In this document: piece after piece, positions 29,102 to 39,114 of the stretch
Layout of the letters: each line of letters starts with the position of its first letter
Numbering within the stretch: position 1 is the stretch's first letter
Source: Marine group II euryarchaeote REDSEA-S42_B7
GTDB lineage: Archaea; Thermoplasmatota; Poseidoniia; Poseidoniales; Thalassarchaeaceae
Direction: 5' to 3'
Length of the DNA: 64,000 nucleotides
NCBI GenBank assembly: GCA_001629255.1
Contig: LURZ01000009.1
Coordinates: 20,876 to 84,875, forward strand
Position numbers and translations under genes: made by a program
Notes under the pieces: generated by a model
The model's database searches: none
Told to the model about the DNA's origin: nothing
What the model saw: the letters and a program-made list of their open reading frames with translations, nothing else

Positions 29102-29746
29102 TTAGAGTTCCGAAAACCTGTCTCTGATACGGCCAAGAAGAGTATCGCCGTCTGGGACATCTACATCAAGGAGTAGTGCAATAACTTCCGGAGGGATGTC
29201 TAGACCCGAGTTTAGGCTAGCGAACGCTGATATAAGCGCTAGATGAGTCTGTACCATCCTACCAGAGCACCATGATCTATACTGCATATTACTTGGCCCT
29301 CCATGACCTGCTCTAAGTACCTCCTCTATACTCAGCAGGAGCGCATCTGCAGGCTCCTTGGTATTAATCAATGAAGACAGTATATCCCATGGGTCAGTAC
29401 CAGCTGCCTGGTGGTCCAAATTCGCTAGAAGCAGTGCAGAGAGAGCAACATCCTCTCTTCCGTGCCTGGACCACAGCTCTCGTATCAGTCTCCATAGCAC
29501 GTCCTGATTGCCCTCAGCATATGTAATCAGCCAGGAAGCAATTCTTCTGAGGATGTCATCCGGTGTTCCAAGGTGGAAAGAGTACCCGGCAGACGCTCCT
29601 AGTCTATCTGTACTTGATTTCATGATCAATGCTGGCACCCCTATCGGGTATGCCTCACGAACTACTCTAGCTAACTTCCTGTGTGATTTGTGTACTCTCT
29701 TCGGTTGGCTCTCAAGGAACTCATCAAGTACCAATACTCCACTCAT
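29102..29746 (-). CDS. all-helical protein, possibly HEAT-like / DNA-alkylation-repair (AlkD/AlkC)-like
   Basis: It is 214 aa. The weak pattern resemblance is IGVPAL...., LIRELWSRHGREDVALSALLLANL and DPWDILSSL. The functional call is tentative. Confidence 0.45.
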   Translation of the reverse strand: MSGVLVLDEFLESQPKRVHKSHRKLARVVREAYPIGVPALIMKSSTDRLGASAGYSFHLGTPDDILRRIASWLITYAEGNQDVLWRLIRELWSRHGREDVALSALLLANLDHQAAGTDPWDILSSLINTKEPADALLLSIEEVLRAGHGGPSNMQYRSWCSGRMVQTHLALISAFASLNSGLDIPPEVIALLLDVDVPDGDTLLGRIRDRFSEL

Positions 29747-29779
29747 TTCAACTACTGATTCCTTATTGGCAATTTGACG

Positions 29780-30328
29780 CTATCGACGAACAACTCGCTC
29801 CAGTAGCTGTGAAGAGATCTGTCTTAGCGCATCTCCAGTCTCGTTCAGACGGACTCGATACTCGTCTATGAAGGACCGATGGACTATTTCCTCTAACTGC
29901 CGATCCAGACTTCTTGCAATAGCCCTGTGCTCGGACTCCTCAATAGCGAACATTTTTCTAAGATATGCAATTTGAGCAATCACCTCTTCTGAACGATCTG
30001 TGTGGATCAGCATTGCTTCCAGCACTTGGCCGTATACTAGTATCTTCTCGCTATGCCCTAACCTATCTCCACTGGTCATGTCCGTCTCTCCAGATAGAAT
30101 AGCATCGTAAATCCGCTTGGGCTCGTCCTCCTGGAGCCTCAAGGCGTGTGCTAGCTTCACCAAGATTCTCTTCTCTCCATTAGAAAGCTGGCCATCTCTA
30201 AGAGCCAGTATAGATGCGTTCATGAACACTTGAGACCGATCATCCTCGAGCCAGGACTCTTCCACCACGAACTCCGATATACATACTAGACTTAACCACT
30301 GGGTATACTGTCTCAGAAAAGAACCCAT
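29780..30328 (-). CDS. TerB-like (tellurite-resistance TerB/DjlA-N fold) domain protein
   Basis: It has the pattern ALRDGQLSNGEKRILVKLAHALRLQEDE and a second helical half. The call rests on this pattern only. Confidence 0.45.
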   Translation of the reverse strand: MGSFLRQYTQWLSLVCISEFVVEESWLEDDRSQVFMNASILALRDGQLSNGEKRILVKLAHALRLQEDEPKRIYDAILSGETDMTSGDRLGHSEKILVYGQVLEAMLIHTDRSEEVIAQIAYLRKMFAIEESEHRAIARSLDRQLEEIVHRSFIDEYRVRLNETGDALRQISSQLLERVVRR

Positions 30329-30484
30329 GATAAACAGGAGGATTCATGAATACCTCTATCGCCGGATGTACTGCTTATCAGCCCACTCGCGGGCGCCTTG
30401 CGCCCATCCGAACCCCCATGCCAAACTGGCAAAATAGGGGGCAAGGCCCCGGTTTGGGGCCGAGAAGCAAAGGATTTGAAAAAT

Positions 30485-31654
30485 ATGGCAAATGAAGGAA
30501 AATACGTAATACATGCAACAATTAGAGTAGACGGTACCGTAGCGCGCAAAGACGTCGTAGGTGCTATTTTCGGCCAGACCGAGGGACTCCTAGGAGAAGG
30601 GCTGCAGCTAAGGAAACTCCAGCAGACCGGGAGAATCGGACACGTGGATGTGAGTTTAAACAACCACAAGGGACGTGTCCAGGGAACTCTAGAAGTCTCT
30701 TCCTCGATAGATCAGGTTAGCACTGCAGTAATCGGTGCTGCGCTTGAGACTATCGATAGGATAGGGCCATGCAAGGCCGTAATCAAGGTAAAGGAGATAG
30801 AGAATGTTAGGTCTGCTAAGAGAGACCACGTCATCGACAGAGCAAAGCAGCTTCTCCTGAACATTGTGAACTCTGCATCCGGGGAGTCAAAGAACATCCT
30901 CGATGAGGTCAGAGCAGTGTTGACACTCGATACAGAGACAGACTACCAAGAGATGACTGCCGGTCCGAATGTGAAGAACTCGGACGCCATCATTATAGTT
31001 GAAGGTAGAAATGATGTCCGAAACCTACTGAAATACGGAATTAACAATGCTATCGCGACTATGGGTTCCGGAATCAAGCCGGAACTGGCGGAATTGGCAT
31101 CCAAGAAGAAGACAGTTACCGCTTTCCTGGATGGAGATCGAGGTGGCAAACTTCTGCTAATGGAGATCAGCGGTACACTAGGAAAGTCACTGACTCATGT
31201 AGCATTTGCGCCGCAAAGTAGGGAAGTAGAGCATCTGGAGGGCAAGGTCGTGACCAAGTGCCTAGGACAGAAAGAACCGGCATCCAAGGCCGTCGCAAGG
31301 ATTCAGACAGAAATCCAGAAGGACGACGACGCATCGGTCGGAAAAGGAAAACCGACTATGGAAGCATCAGATGAGATCAAGGGATGGGCACCGATGATGG
31401 ACGGACTCAAGAGAAACTACACAGTAATTGTCCAGGCCGATGGAAGTGGCTCTGAGCCTGTAAGTGCGAAGGACCTAGAGGCTGCTCTCGGCGAAACCGA
31501 AGGAGCCCAAGGACTAGTCTTCTCTGGCAAGGTGACAGATCGGATTCATGAGCTAGCCTCGGGCGCTGGGATAAACAATGTCGTAGGTAAGACAGTGGGC
31601 CCTCAATCTTTGAAACTTGGAGTTCAGGCCTACTCGATAAGAGATTTGGAATGA
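30485..31654 (+). CDS. dnaG: archaeal DnaG-type Toprim primase / exosome-associated DnaG
   Basis: The ATG is at 30485. The N-terminus KYVIHATIRVDGTVARKDVVGAIFGQTEGLLGEGLQLRKLQQTGRIGHVDV matches the archaeal DnaG signature. Toprim motifs are IIVEGRNDV and DGDRGG. Confidence 0.9.
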   Translation: MANEGKYVIHATIRVDGTVARKDVVGAIFGQTEGLLGEGLQLRKLQQTGRIGHVDVSLNNHKGRVQGTLEVSSSIDQVSTAVIGAALETIDRIGPCKAVIKVKEIENVRSAKRDHVIDRAKQLLLNIVNSASGESKNILDEVRAVLTLDTETDYQEMTAGPNVKNSDAIIIVEGRNDVRNLLKYGINNAIATMGSGIKPELAELASKKKTVTAFLDGDRGGKLLLMEISGTLGKSLTHVAFAPQSREVEHLEGKVVTKCLGQKEPASKAVARIQTEIQKDDDASVGKGKPTMEASDEIKGWAPMMDGLKRNYTVIVQADGSGSEPVSAKDLEAALGETEGAQGLVFSGKVTDRIHELASGAGINNVVGKTVGPQSLKLGVQAYSIRDLE

Positions 31655-31760
31655 GATACAACTAACACTTGTATGGCTGATGTTTGGCCCAGGGTTAATG
31701 GCCATCTGAGGGGCGTTCATAGCAGAAGCCATCAAAAGTCTCTCATGCCCGCTGGGAGCG

Positions 31761-34049
31761 ATGCAAGAGACCACCATGGTCGTCATGACTCTCTACGGGA
31801 TACTGTCGATCACTCTATTTGTTTTGTGGATAAAGCACAAGTCTGTACTTAGACAGAGACAGAAGCTTGCATCTAAGATCGGTTCGATGAAAGGCAATCT
31901 GGTACAAACCTCGGAGAAGCTAGATCTTCTTTCCAGGGGCGTCGACACCATTCTTTCCGACGCTCCTGAAGTCCATGATCTACTGGGAGTACACAAGTCG
32001 CTAGAGGCAGCAGAGTCGTTACTGTTCAATCAAGGCATACCAGTCAGTAATAGCGAGTCATGCGCAATAGCGAGCCATGCAGCCAGGTCTTTGCTAGAGC
32101 ATTACGAAGAAGGCGACCCTGAAGAAGAGAGGATAATAATCCAGGGACTTAAACCGCTCTCTAAGAGACTAGCTGCCATCCTCACAGAGGCTGAGATGAA
32201 GGCTGAGGATGTTGAACTGTCTGCCAATGAGCATCGGAGATTGGGTGAGCTTTTCCACTCCATCGAAAGGTTTGATTGGGCCGCAGACTGCTACCACAGA
32301 GCTAACGACTTAGATCCAGAGGACGAAACAGTTCTCCGCTCGCTGTCTGACATCCAGAGGAAAAGCGGGGATCTCGACTCTCTTGATAGGACACTAGAGA
32401 GGCTGCTTGCGATTGCTCCAGATGATATCAACCTACTAAATGAGCAACTCGTTTTGTTGGACGGTACTGAAGACGAACGATATGGTAGAAACACGAAGAG
32501 GCTAGAGGGCTTGGGCGCCTCGACATCTCTATCAGCATCAGATAGTGATCTTTCTCAAATATCCCAGAGAGCGAAGGAGTCAGATGACGGGGGCAATTAT
32601 TCTTCAGAAACCGCATCTACTTTGATCGAAAAGGCGACCAAGCAACTGATTCTTGGAGAGTTCAGATCTGCACTGGAGTCGGTAGAGTCGGCAATCAAGA
32701 GGGATCAAAATTTTGGCCAGGCATGGATACTCAAGGCCAGATTGGTTGCTGCTGAGGCTGGCCCTTTGAAAGACGCAATAAAATCCCTGAGAAGGGCCAA
32801 TGCTTTAGGAGAATATACTGTTATTTTAGAGTCCGAGATACTCGAAAATGACGGTAGGACAGATGCCTCAATAGAGGTTCTAGAGGAACATCTCCATAAC
32901 TCTCCAGGAGACTCTGAGGCCAGAGGTAGATTGAGTCAACTCTGGTTAAGCAGCGGATCACCGGACTCCGCTCGCCAAACTCTGGAAGAAGCACCAGAGG
33001 AAGCCTGGAGCTCGTCTACATTGCATATCATGAAAGGAAGGCTCTGTCTAGTTGACGCAGACCATCATCGTGATGAGACCGGCAAAGTCGATCAGATTCC
33101 AGTGATTGACGCACTCGTCTCTTTCGATAGGGCGATTGAGATTGATAGGGAGTCAGGTTTAGCCTGGCTTGGGAGGGCTAGAGCACTTAGATACCAAGGA
33201 GCCTTCGATGAGGCAGAAGTTGCTCTGGTGAGGGCACGGAGGCTGATTCCAGAACACCCTTCGATTTCGCTGGAGGAGGCACAGTTATTCTTGGAGATTG
33301 GAGACTTGGAGCAGGCAAACGCACTTACATTGGAGGCAACAACTACTCTGAAGGACAATCAAACCGTACCGTTCATCCGGGGCATCATCGCAGCTAAGCA
33401 CGGTCGTTTCAGGGAGGCGATCAAGCTATTCTCCGATACTCTAAGTTTCGACCCAAAACATGCCAGGGCCAGACTAAACAGATCATCAGCGGCCCTTCTC
33501 TGTGACGATCTGGCAATGGCATTAGATGATGCCACCCAATTGGTGGAGGAGCGACCCAACCATGAACTTGGTCGCTTGAGGAAGTCGGAGATACTGATGA
33601 ATCAGGGCGATTGGGAAAATGCTGAATTCGAGTTAAGAGAGCTCCTAAAATTAAGTCATAACCATTCGATGGGACTGGTCCACTTGGGTACATGTATGAT
33701 AGCAATGGGCAGGTCAGAACAGGCGGAGAAACCTCTAAACAAAGCTATAGAGGAGAATCCCAAACTCTCGGAAGCTTGGTATCAAAGAGGACTTCTTTAC
33801 CTTGACTTCGGAAGATCCGAAAAGGCAATTTCTGATTTTGAGGCTGCAGTCAGGACCGACCCACAGCACCTGGACGCGAGACTCCGTATCGCTGCAATTC
33901 TCCATGAAGGTAAAGATGTGGAGAAAGCCGCTACAGCTTGGCGGAAGGTCCTCGATGTTGACTCTCAGAACAGACTGGCAAGGAGGAGATTGGAAGAGTG
34001 CCGAGAGCAAATCAATACCAAGAGGGAGGCCCTCGTTCCAAAGGATTGA
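31761..34049 (+). CDS. membrane-anchored TPR-repeat protein
   Basis: It has an N-terminal TM helix (LYGILSITLFVLWI). Many 34-aa TPR-like units follow (W..rg......g....A..df..Al..dP.. patterns) across about 700 aa. Confidence 0.8.
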   Translation: MQETTMVVMTLYGILSITLFVLWIKHKSVLRQRQKLASKIGSMKGNLVQTSEKLDLLSRGVDTILSDAPEVHDLLGVHKSLEAAESLLFNQGIPVSNSESCAIASHAARSLLEHYEEGDPEEERIIIQGLKPLSKRLAAILTEAEMKAEDVELSANEHRRLGELFHSIERFDWAADCYHRANDLDPEDETVLRSLSDIQRKSGDLDSLDRTLERLLAIAPDDINLLNEQLVLLDGTEDERYGRNTKRLEGLGASTSLSASDSDLSQISQRAKESDDGGNYSSETASTLIEKATKQLILGEFRSALESVESAIKRDQNFGQAWILKARLVAAEAGPLKDAIKSLRRANALGEYTVILESEILENDGRTDASIEVLEEHLHNSPGDSEARGRLSQLWLSSGSPDSARQTLEEAPEEAWSSSTLHIMKGRLCLVDADHHRDETGKVDQIPVIDALVSFDRAIEIDRESGLAWLGRARALRYQGAFDEAEVALVRARRLIPEHPSISLEEAQLFLEIGDLEQANALTLEATTTLKDNQTVPFIRGIIAAKHGRFREAIKLFSDTLSFDPKHARARLNRSSAALLCDDLAMALDDATQLVEERPNHELGRLRKSEILMNQGDWENAEFELRELLKLSHNHSMGLVHLGTCMIAMGRSEQAEKPLNKAIEENPKLSEAWYQRGLLYLDFGRSEKAISDFEAAVRTDPQHLDARLRIAAILHEGKDVEKAATAWRKVLDVDSQNRLARRRLEECREQINTKREALVPKD

Positions 34050-34075
34050 ACAATGTGCTACCTTGACGCTAGGAT

Positions 34076-34630
34076 ATGCATTCCTTGAAGAAACTTGAAC
34101 CGGGAGAATCGGCCCCTAATTTCGAACTTCCAAACGCCAACGAAAACTCAGGCGGCCATACCATCACACTCAGTGATGCCATGGGAGAGAACGGCGCTGT
34201 GGTCTTCTTCACTTGCAATCACTGCCCGTATGTAGTGGGGTCAGAGCCCAGAATAGAGGACGCAGCTAATGTAGCCAGAAGCAAGGGTCTGGGATTCGTT
34301 GGAATCAACTCAAATGACCCAGTCAAGTATGAATCGGATTCGTGGGAGAACATGGTAAAGAGAGCTAACAAGGGTATGTCATACCCATATCTCCACGACT
34401 CAACACAGGAGGTTGCAATTGCCTACAGCGCTGAGAGGACCCCAGAGTTCTACCTCCTGAATAAGGAATCAATCGTAGTTTACAGGGGTCGCCTGGACGA
34501 CTCTCCCAGAGATCCGTCACACGCTACCACTTCCGAACTAGACGACGCAATAAACGAACTTATCTCTGGCAAGAATGTGTCTATTTCCAGGACAGAGAGC
34601 ATCGGTTGCTCAGTAAAGTGGAAGGAATAG
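34076..34630 (+). CDS. thioredoxin-fold redoxin (AhpC/TSA-like) protein
   Basis: It has FFTCNHCPYV (CxxC) and the C-terminal GCSVKW motif typical of this thioredoxin-like family. Confidence 0.75.
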   Translation: MHSLKKLEPGESAPNFELPNANENSGGHTITLSDAMGENGAVVFFTCNHCPYVVGSEPRIEDAANVARSKGLGFVGINSNDPVKYESDSWENMVKRANKGMSYPYLHDSTQEVAIAYSAERTPEFYLLNKESIVVYRGRLDDSPRDPSHATTSELDDAINELISGKNVSISRTESIGCSVKWKE

Positions 34631-34677
34631 GTGCTAATTTGTCAACTGGCATCCCTGCGAGGATATTCTACTCTGTA

Positions 34678-35460
34678 ATGCTACTGGCTCCTTCCGGGAT
34701 TAGGATGAGAATGTGGAGGGGACTATACCAGAGGATGGCAAGATCGCAGAAAGACTCCAATTTCAGATTCATGAACTATGGATTCACCGATGGAGATGAA
34801 CTCGATTTATCGCCAGAGGACGAGGGAGACAGGCTATTCATCCAACTTTACAACATGAACATTAGGGATGTCGAGATTGAGGGAAAGGAAGTCCTCGAAG
34901 TAGGGTCTGGAAGGGGAGGAGGAGCGAGTTGGATATCAAGGAAATACAACCCAAAATCCCTTCTTGCCGTCGACTATTCAGATGAGGCGATACGACTCTC
35001 TCAAGGGTGGTTTTCAGACCAGGATAATTTAGAATTCAGGGTTGGAAACGCTCAGCGACTTACATTACCAGATCAATCGTTTGATATCGTGTACAATGTC
35101 GAATCATCCCATTGCTATGCTGATATTACAGCCTTCATCTCTGAGGTATTCAGGGTCCTGAGGCCAGGTGGAAAGTTCTGCTGGACCGATATGAGGGATA
35201 AGAAGACCATGGAGAAAATGCATGAGAGTTTCGTCCACTCCGGATTTACCATTGATTCATGGACAGACGTCACTGAAAACGTAGTTGACGCATTGGATAT
35301 TATCGATGAGGGCAGGAGGGAGATGATACGCCAAAGTGCTCCGCCTTCTCTCAGGAAAAGCTTCGAGACCTTCGGAGGAGTGCCCGGCACTCCTGTTTAC
35401 GAGGCACTAAAGGCACGGAGAATTCAGTATTTCAGATATCTTCTCTGCAAACCCGAATAG
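34678..35460 (+). CDS. class I SAM-dependent methyltransferase
   Basis: It has motif I (VLEVGSGRGGGASW) and VLRPGGKF. The start is uncertain: the track gives 34606, with ATG candidates at 34678 and 34705. Confidence 0.75.
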   Translation: MLLAPSGIRMRMWRGLYQRMARSQKDSNFRFMNYGFTDGDELDLSPEDEGDRLFIQLYNMNIRDVEIEGKEVLEVGSGRGGGASWISRKYNPKSLLAVDYSDEAIRLSQGWFSDQDNLEFRVGNAQRLTLPDQSFDIVYNVESSHCYADITAFISEVFRVLRPGGKFCWTDMRDKKTMEKMHESFVHSGFTIDSWTDVTENVVDALDIIDEGRREMIRQSAPPSLRKSFETFGGVPGTPVYEALKARRIQYFRYLLCKPE

Positions 35461-35474
35461 ACAATATTCCTACT

Positions 35475-35897
35475 CTAGTACTGCTCTAAGACTAGTTCGG
35501 TCTGAGTCGAACTGATGTCTCCGGGTGCTGCTAACCACATTCTGTCCAGCATGTCCCTCAGAGCCACGGTATCGTCAACGTGAACCACCGCAACTAGATC
35601 TGCGTCGCCACTTATTTCGTATACGCACTCCACGCCAGCCCATCCCGAGAACTCACCAGCCAGAGAACCAATCTCGGTACCCGAACCAACTTTGAGACGA
35701 ATCAGCGCAGTGAGCCCTATTCCGGACTCTCTAACCGTATATCCTCTGATTACCCCCTCATCCTCAAGCCTTTTGATCCTAGTTCGGACAGTCCTCTCTG
35801 TGACTCCGACTCCTTTGGCTATCTCTACGTAGGGCGCCCTTGCAGACTCTCTGAGGAAGGATAGAATAGATCTGTCTAGTGAATCAACATTACTCAT
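35475..35897 (-). CDS. Lrp/AsnC-family transcriptional regulator
   Basis: It has an N-terminal HTH (LDRSILSFLRESARAPYVEIAKGVGVTERTVRTRIKRLEDEGVI) plus a C-terminal RAM/ACT-like domain. It is 140 aa. Confidence 0.9.
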   Translation of the reverse strand: MSNVDSLDRSILSFLRESARAPYVEIAKGVGVTERTVRTRIKRLEDEGVIRGYTVRESGIGLTALIRLKVGSGTEIGSLAGEFSGWAGVECVYEISGDADLVAVVHVDDTVALRDMLDRMWLAAPGDISSTQTELVLEQY

Positions 35898-36039
35898 GCT
35901 CTTTTCCGAAAAACATGCAACTTATGGTTATTTCTTGGTGTTATGGAACATTTTTTTTCATAAAAACACACTTTTCTAGTCATTGTTTAAGTCGATAAAA
36001 TTGGTTGTATTGAAATGGGACGGCCTACTCTGTTTTGTC
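35898..36039. promoter_or_regulatory. AT-rich divergent intergenic region (probable promoters for the Lrp gene and the Cys-rich ORF)
   Basis: It contains a T8 run and TATA-like elements, ttttttttcataaaaaca and cgataaaatt, about 40 nt upstream of the ATG at 36040. No experimental support. Confidence 0.3.
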
Positions 36040-36474
36040 ATGGGTAAGGAGGAAGCAGTCTCCCAACTCAGGATTCAGGAGTATCTTGATGACGTGTCTG
36101 AACTAGATATCCCCCATTCAGAGTCTCAGTGGCATCATATTGACGTGGCATCCCTGTTGGATGGAACCAAGATCGAGGGCCACGAACTTGACCCAACTAC
36201 TGGTTCCTCGCTCATCTTCCTCCCAAGGAGCGCTATGTTATGCTGCCCCAAGTCTGGTAGGATCCACCATTACCCTAAGCACCTATTGCACTGCTTCGTA
36301 GACGATAACCGTTCCAAATCTAATGATGCAGATGGGGTACTAATTAGAGCCGAACTATTCTCTATTTCACCTAATGAGGAGCAACTCTGCTGGGAATGCT
36401 CATGCAGGTCAGAGCTGGAAGTCCCAGAGATGCAGAGTAAGGTTTCTCGGTGGCTCAGTTGGCTTAACAGATAG
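36040..36474 (+). CDS. Cys/His-rich hypothetical protein (possible metal-binding)
   Basis: The ATG at 36040 lies within track ORF 35983..36474. Cys/His clusters are CCPKSGRIHHYPKHLLHC and CWECSC. Confidence 0.5.
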   Translation: MGKEEAVSQLRIQEYLDDVSELDIPHSESQWHHIDVASLLDGTKIEGHELDPTTGSSLIFLPRSAMLCCPKSGRIHHYPKHLLHCFVDDNRSKSNDADGVLIRAELFSISPNEEQLCWECSCRSELEVPEMQSKVSRWLSWLNR

Positions 36475-36521
36475 CGATTCGAATCGCTACCTTGAGAAGT
36501 CAGGGTCTCGTGGGAGAGTTA

Positions 36522-37766
36522 ATGGGTGCCGCTATCAGCGACATCTTCGCTAGGGCCATCATCGATTCAAGAGGGAATCCAACCGTTGAAGTCGACTGCT
36601 ATGTCGACGGTGTATTGAAGGGTAGGGCAGCGGTTCCTTCAGGAGCAAGCACTGGAACCCACGAAGCAGTAGAATTGAGAGATGGCGGGACACAATGGAT
36701 GGGCAAGGGGGTTCAAGAGGCGGTTGACAATGTCAACGGTCCAATCAGAGAGGCACTTGTCGGAATGAATCCTTCTGAACAGGAAAGTATTGACTCTCTC
36801 CTGATAAAATTGGACGGCTCTGAGAACAAAGGTTCCTTGGGGGCCAATGCCATATTGGGAGCCTCACTGGCCTGCTTGAGGGCTTCTTCAGACGGAGAAC
36901 TTTGGAAGCATATCTGTCACGGAGACGAGATCAGCCTCCCAGTTCCGATGATGAATATTCTAAACGGCGGAGCACACGCCGAATCGAATGTCGATGTCCA
37001 GGAATTCATGGTCGTCCCGCATGGTTTCCAATCCTTCTCGGAGGCTCTAAGAGCTGGAGTCGAGATTTACCATTCCCTCAAGACCAACTTAAAGCAAGAG
37101 GGACTGCTTGGTGGAGTCGGGGACGAAGGTGGCTTCGCCCCGAACCTTTCCAGGAACGAAGAAGGACTGCGTTTGGTCAGAGAGGCAATAGAGGTAGCAG
37201 GATACGCTCCGGGGAAAGAGGTCTCCATAGCCTTAGACGTAGCAGCACAGGAATTCTTCGATGGCTCAAACTACCTAATTGATGGGGAACTAATATCTGG
37301 AGCAAACCTCGGTAGAAAATACTCAGATTGGTTGGATGAGTATCCGATCGTGTCAATCGAGGATCCATTCGGAGAGGACGATTGGGACTCTTGGAAGGAA
37401 TTCACCTCCAGAGAAGGACACAGGGTACAGATAGTCGGTGATGACCTGTATGTGACTAATCCTAAGAGGCTCGAGAAGGGAATCTCTATTCAGGCCTCAA
37501 ATGCTATACTAATCAAATTGAACCAGATTGGGACCTTCACTGAGACTATGGAAGTGATTCGCAAGTCAAGAGAGGCTGGTTTTGGGACTATAATCAGTCA
37601 TAGGTCAGGAGAGACTTCTGACGACATAATTTCCGATTTGGCCGTTGGCACAAACTCAATGCAGATCAAGACGGGGGCACCGGCTAGGTCAGACAGGACA
37701 TCGAAGTACAACCAACTGATTCGAATATCAGAGGAGGTTGGGAACTACTCTCAACTATTCCAATGA
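36522..37766 (+). CDS. eno: enolase (phosphopyruvate hydratase)
   Basis: Motifs are IIDSRGNPTVEV, SHRSGETSD and IKTGAPARSDRTSKYNQLIRI. The ATG at 36522 lies within the track ORF. Confidence 0.95.
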   Translation: MGAAISDIFARAIIDSRGNPTVEVDCYVDGVLKGRAAVPSGASTGTHEAVELRDGGTQWMGKGVQEAVDNVNGPIREALVGMNPSEQESIDSLLIKLDGSENKGSLGANAILGASLACLRASSDGELWKHICHGDEISLPVPMMNILNGGAHAESNVDVQEFMVVPHGFQSFSEALRAGVEIYHSLKTNLKQEGLLGGVGDEGGFAPNLSRNEEGLRLVREAIEVAGYAPGKEVSIALDVAAQEFFDGSNYLIDGELISGANLGRKYSDWLDEYPIVSIEDPFGEDDWDSWKEFTSREGHRVQIVGDDLYVTNPKRLEKGISIQASNAILIKLNQIGTFTETMEVIRKSREAGFGTIISHRSGETSDDIISDLAVGTNSMQIKTGAPARSDRTSKYNQLIRISEEVGNYSQLFQ

Positions 37767-38699
37767 GCAAAGGATCAGGGGAAGTACGATGCTTGCATCT
37801 GACTCGATTACGAACTGAGGAGTCTCGACTCCCAATTTGCCCCAGCTAATCTTCTCAGTTGGAGGAGCTCCAGAATAGCCGCCGTATGAAGGACTGGACT
37901 CAGAGATTTGAGCAAACCATGCCCAAAGTGGAACCTCCACTCCCGCGTCCTGCCTAAGCATAGGTACGACTGAGATCGCGAAATCTCCTGAAATTCCGCC
38001 TCCAACTTGTAGCATACCCGTGGGAGAGTCGTCCTCTCGATACCAATCCGCAAGAGATTGCATCGCGTCTAATCCACCTCTCACAATCGCATTGCTCTTG
38101 AGCGTGCAGTCTATGACCTTAGCAGAAAGCAGGTTCCCGAGTGTTGAGTCCTCCCAGCCAGGGGTGAAAATAGGAAGATTAGCATCAGCAGCCGCTACTA
38201 ACCACGAATCATCAGGTGCCGAGAAGACATCGAGGTCTCCGTGAAGTAGGAGGTCGTATACGTATTCGTGCGGGAAGCGACTGTCCCCCACGGCCTCGGA
38301 TTCCTCCCACAGTGACATCAATGATTCCCCCACCTTGGTGAACGTACTTTCCGGGATTGCTACGTCAGTAACACGATTCATTCCTCTTTGGTGAAGCTCA
38401 GCATCCTCTTCCTTGCTCTGATGTCTCCAGTTTGGAACATGCTCGTATTCAGATCTAGAGAAGAGGCCAAACAACTCCTCTTCCAGATTTGCTCCGGTGC
38501 AGCAAATTGCATGCACTTTCTGAGACCTGATTGCAGGGGCTAGGCTCTTTCCGACCTCTGCAGTGGACATCGCTCCTGCTAGAGTGATCATCAGTCTCCC
38601 TCCTCCATCTAGGAACTCCCTAAGGGAATCTATGCATTTCGCCAGCTCACCGGCATTGAAGTGGGAATAGTGGGTTTCGATGAAGTCCCTAATTCCCAT
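37755..38699 (-). CDS. dys: deoxyhypusine synthase family protein
   Basis: Motifs are TLAGAMSTAEVG, VGGGISGDF and ISWGKL (the catalytic Lys context). It is 314 aa. Confidence 0.8.
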   Translation of the reverse strand: MGIRDFIETHYSHFNAGELAKCIDSLREFLDGGGRLMITLAGAMSTAEVGKSLAPAIRSQKVHAICCTGANLEEELFGLFSRSEYEHVPNWRHQSKEEDAELHQRGMNRVTDVAIPESTFTKVGESLMSLWEESEAVGDSRFPHEYVYDLLLHGDLDVFSAPDDSWLVAAADANLPIFTPGWEDSTLGNLLSAKVIDCTLKSNAIVRGGLDAMQSLADWYREDDSPTGMLQVGGGISGDFAISVVPMLRQDAGVEVPLWAWFAQISESSPSYGGYSGAPPTEKISWGKLGVETPQFVIESDASIVLPLILCSLE

Positions 38700-39101
38700 C
38701 TAATCACTCCTGAATCGTTCGACTCTCTTCTCGAAAACTCTCCTCAAGCCGGGAATCTCGGATACCAGCGCGTCATTGATCATGGCTGCTACCTCAGAGG
38801 GATCGCTATCTCCACATGTGAAGACGTCGACGGCTAGAATTCCCCTCTCTGAGTAGCAATGTGCCGTTACATGGCTTTCATCGATAAGAACTACAGCAGC
38901 AAAACCAGGGGGGCTATCTTCTCCATCGAATATCTCTACGTGTGAATGGACCTCCCTCACTCCTGACTCTCTTACGCACCCCCTTAGAACCGATAGTACC
39001 CATTCTCCGTCTCCAGTTTCTCCCCTCCTGTAGTTGACATAGTCAAGAAGGACATGGGAACCCGCAGATTCGATATCGTCCACAGTCCCGAGCCAAGTCA
39101 C
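38700..39101 (-). CDS. speH: S-adenosylmethionine decarboxylase proenzyme (pyruvoyl, SpeH/SpeD type)
   Basis: It has the self-cleavage/active-site region LIDESHVTAHCYSERGILAVDVFTCG. It is 133 aa. Confidence 0.85.
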   Translation of the reverse strand: MTWLGTVDDIESAGSHVLLDYVNYRRGETGDGEWVLSVLRGCVRESGVREVHSHVEIFDGEDSPPGFAAVVLIDESHVTAHCYSERGILAVDVFTCGDSDPSEVAAMINDALVSEIPGLRRVFEKRVERFRSD

Positions 39102-39114
39102 CGAGATTTCAAAC

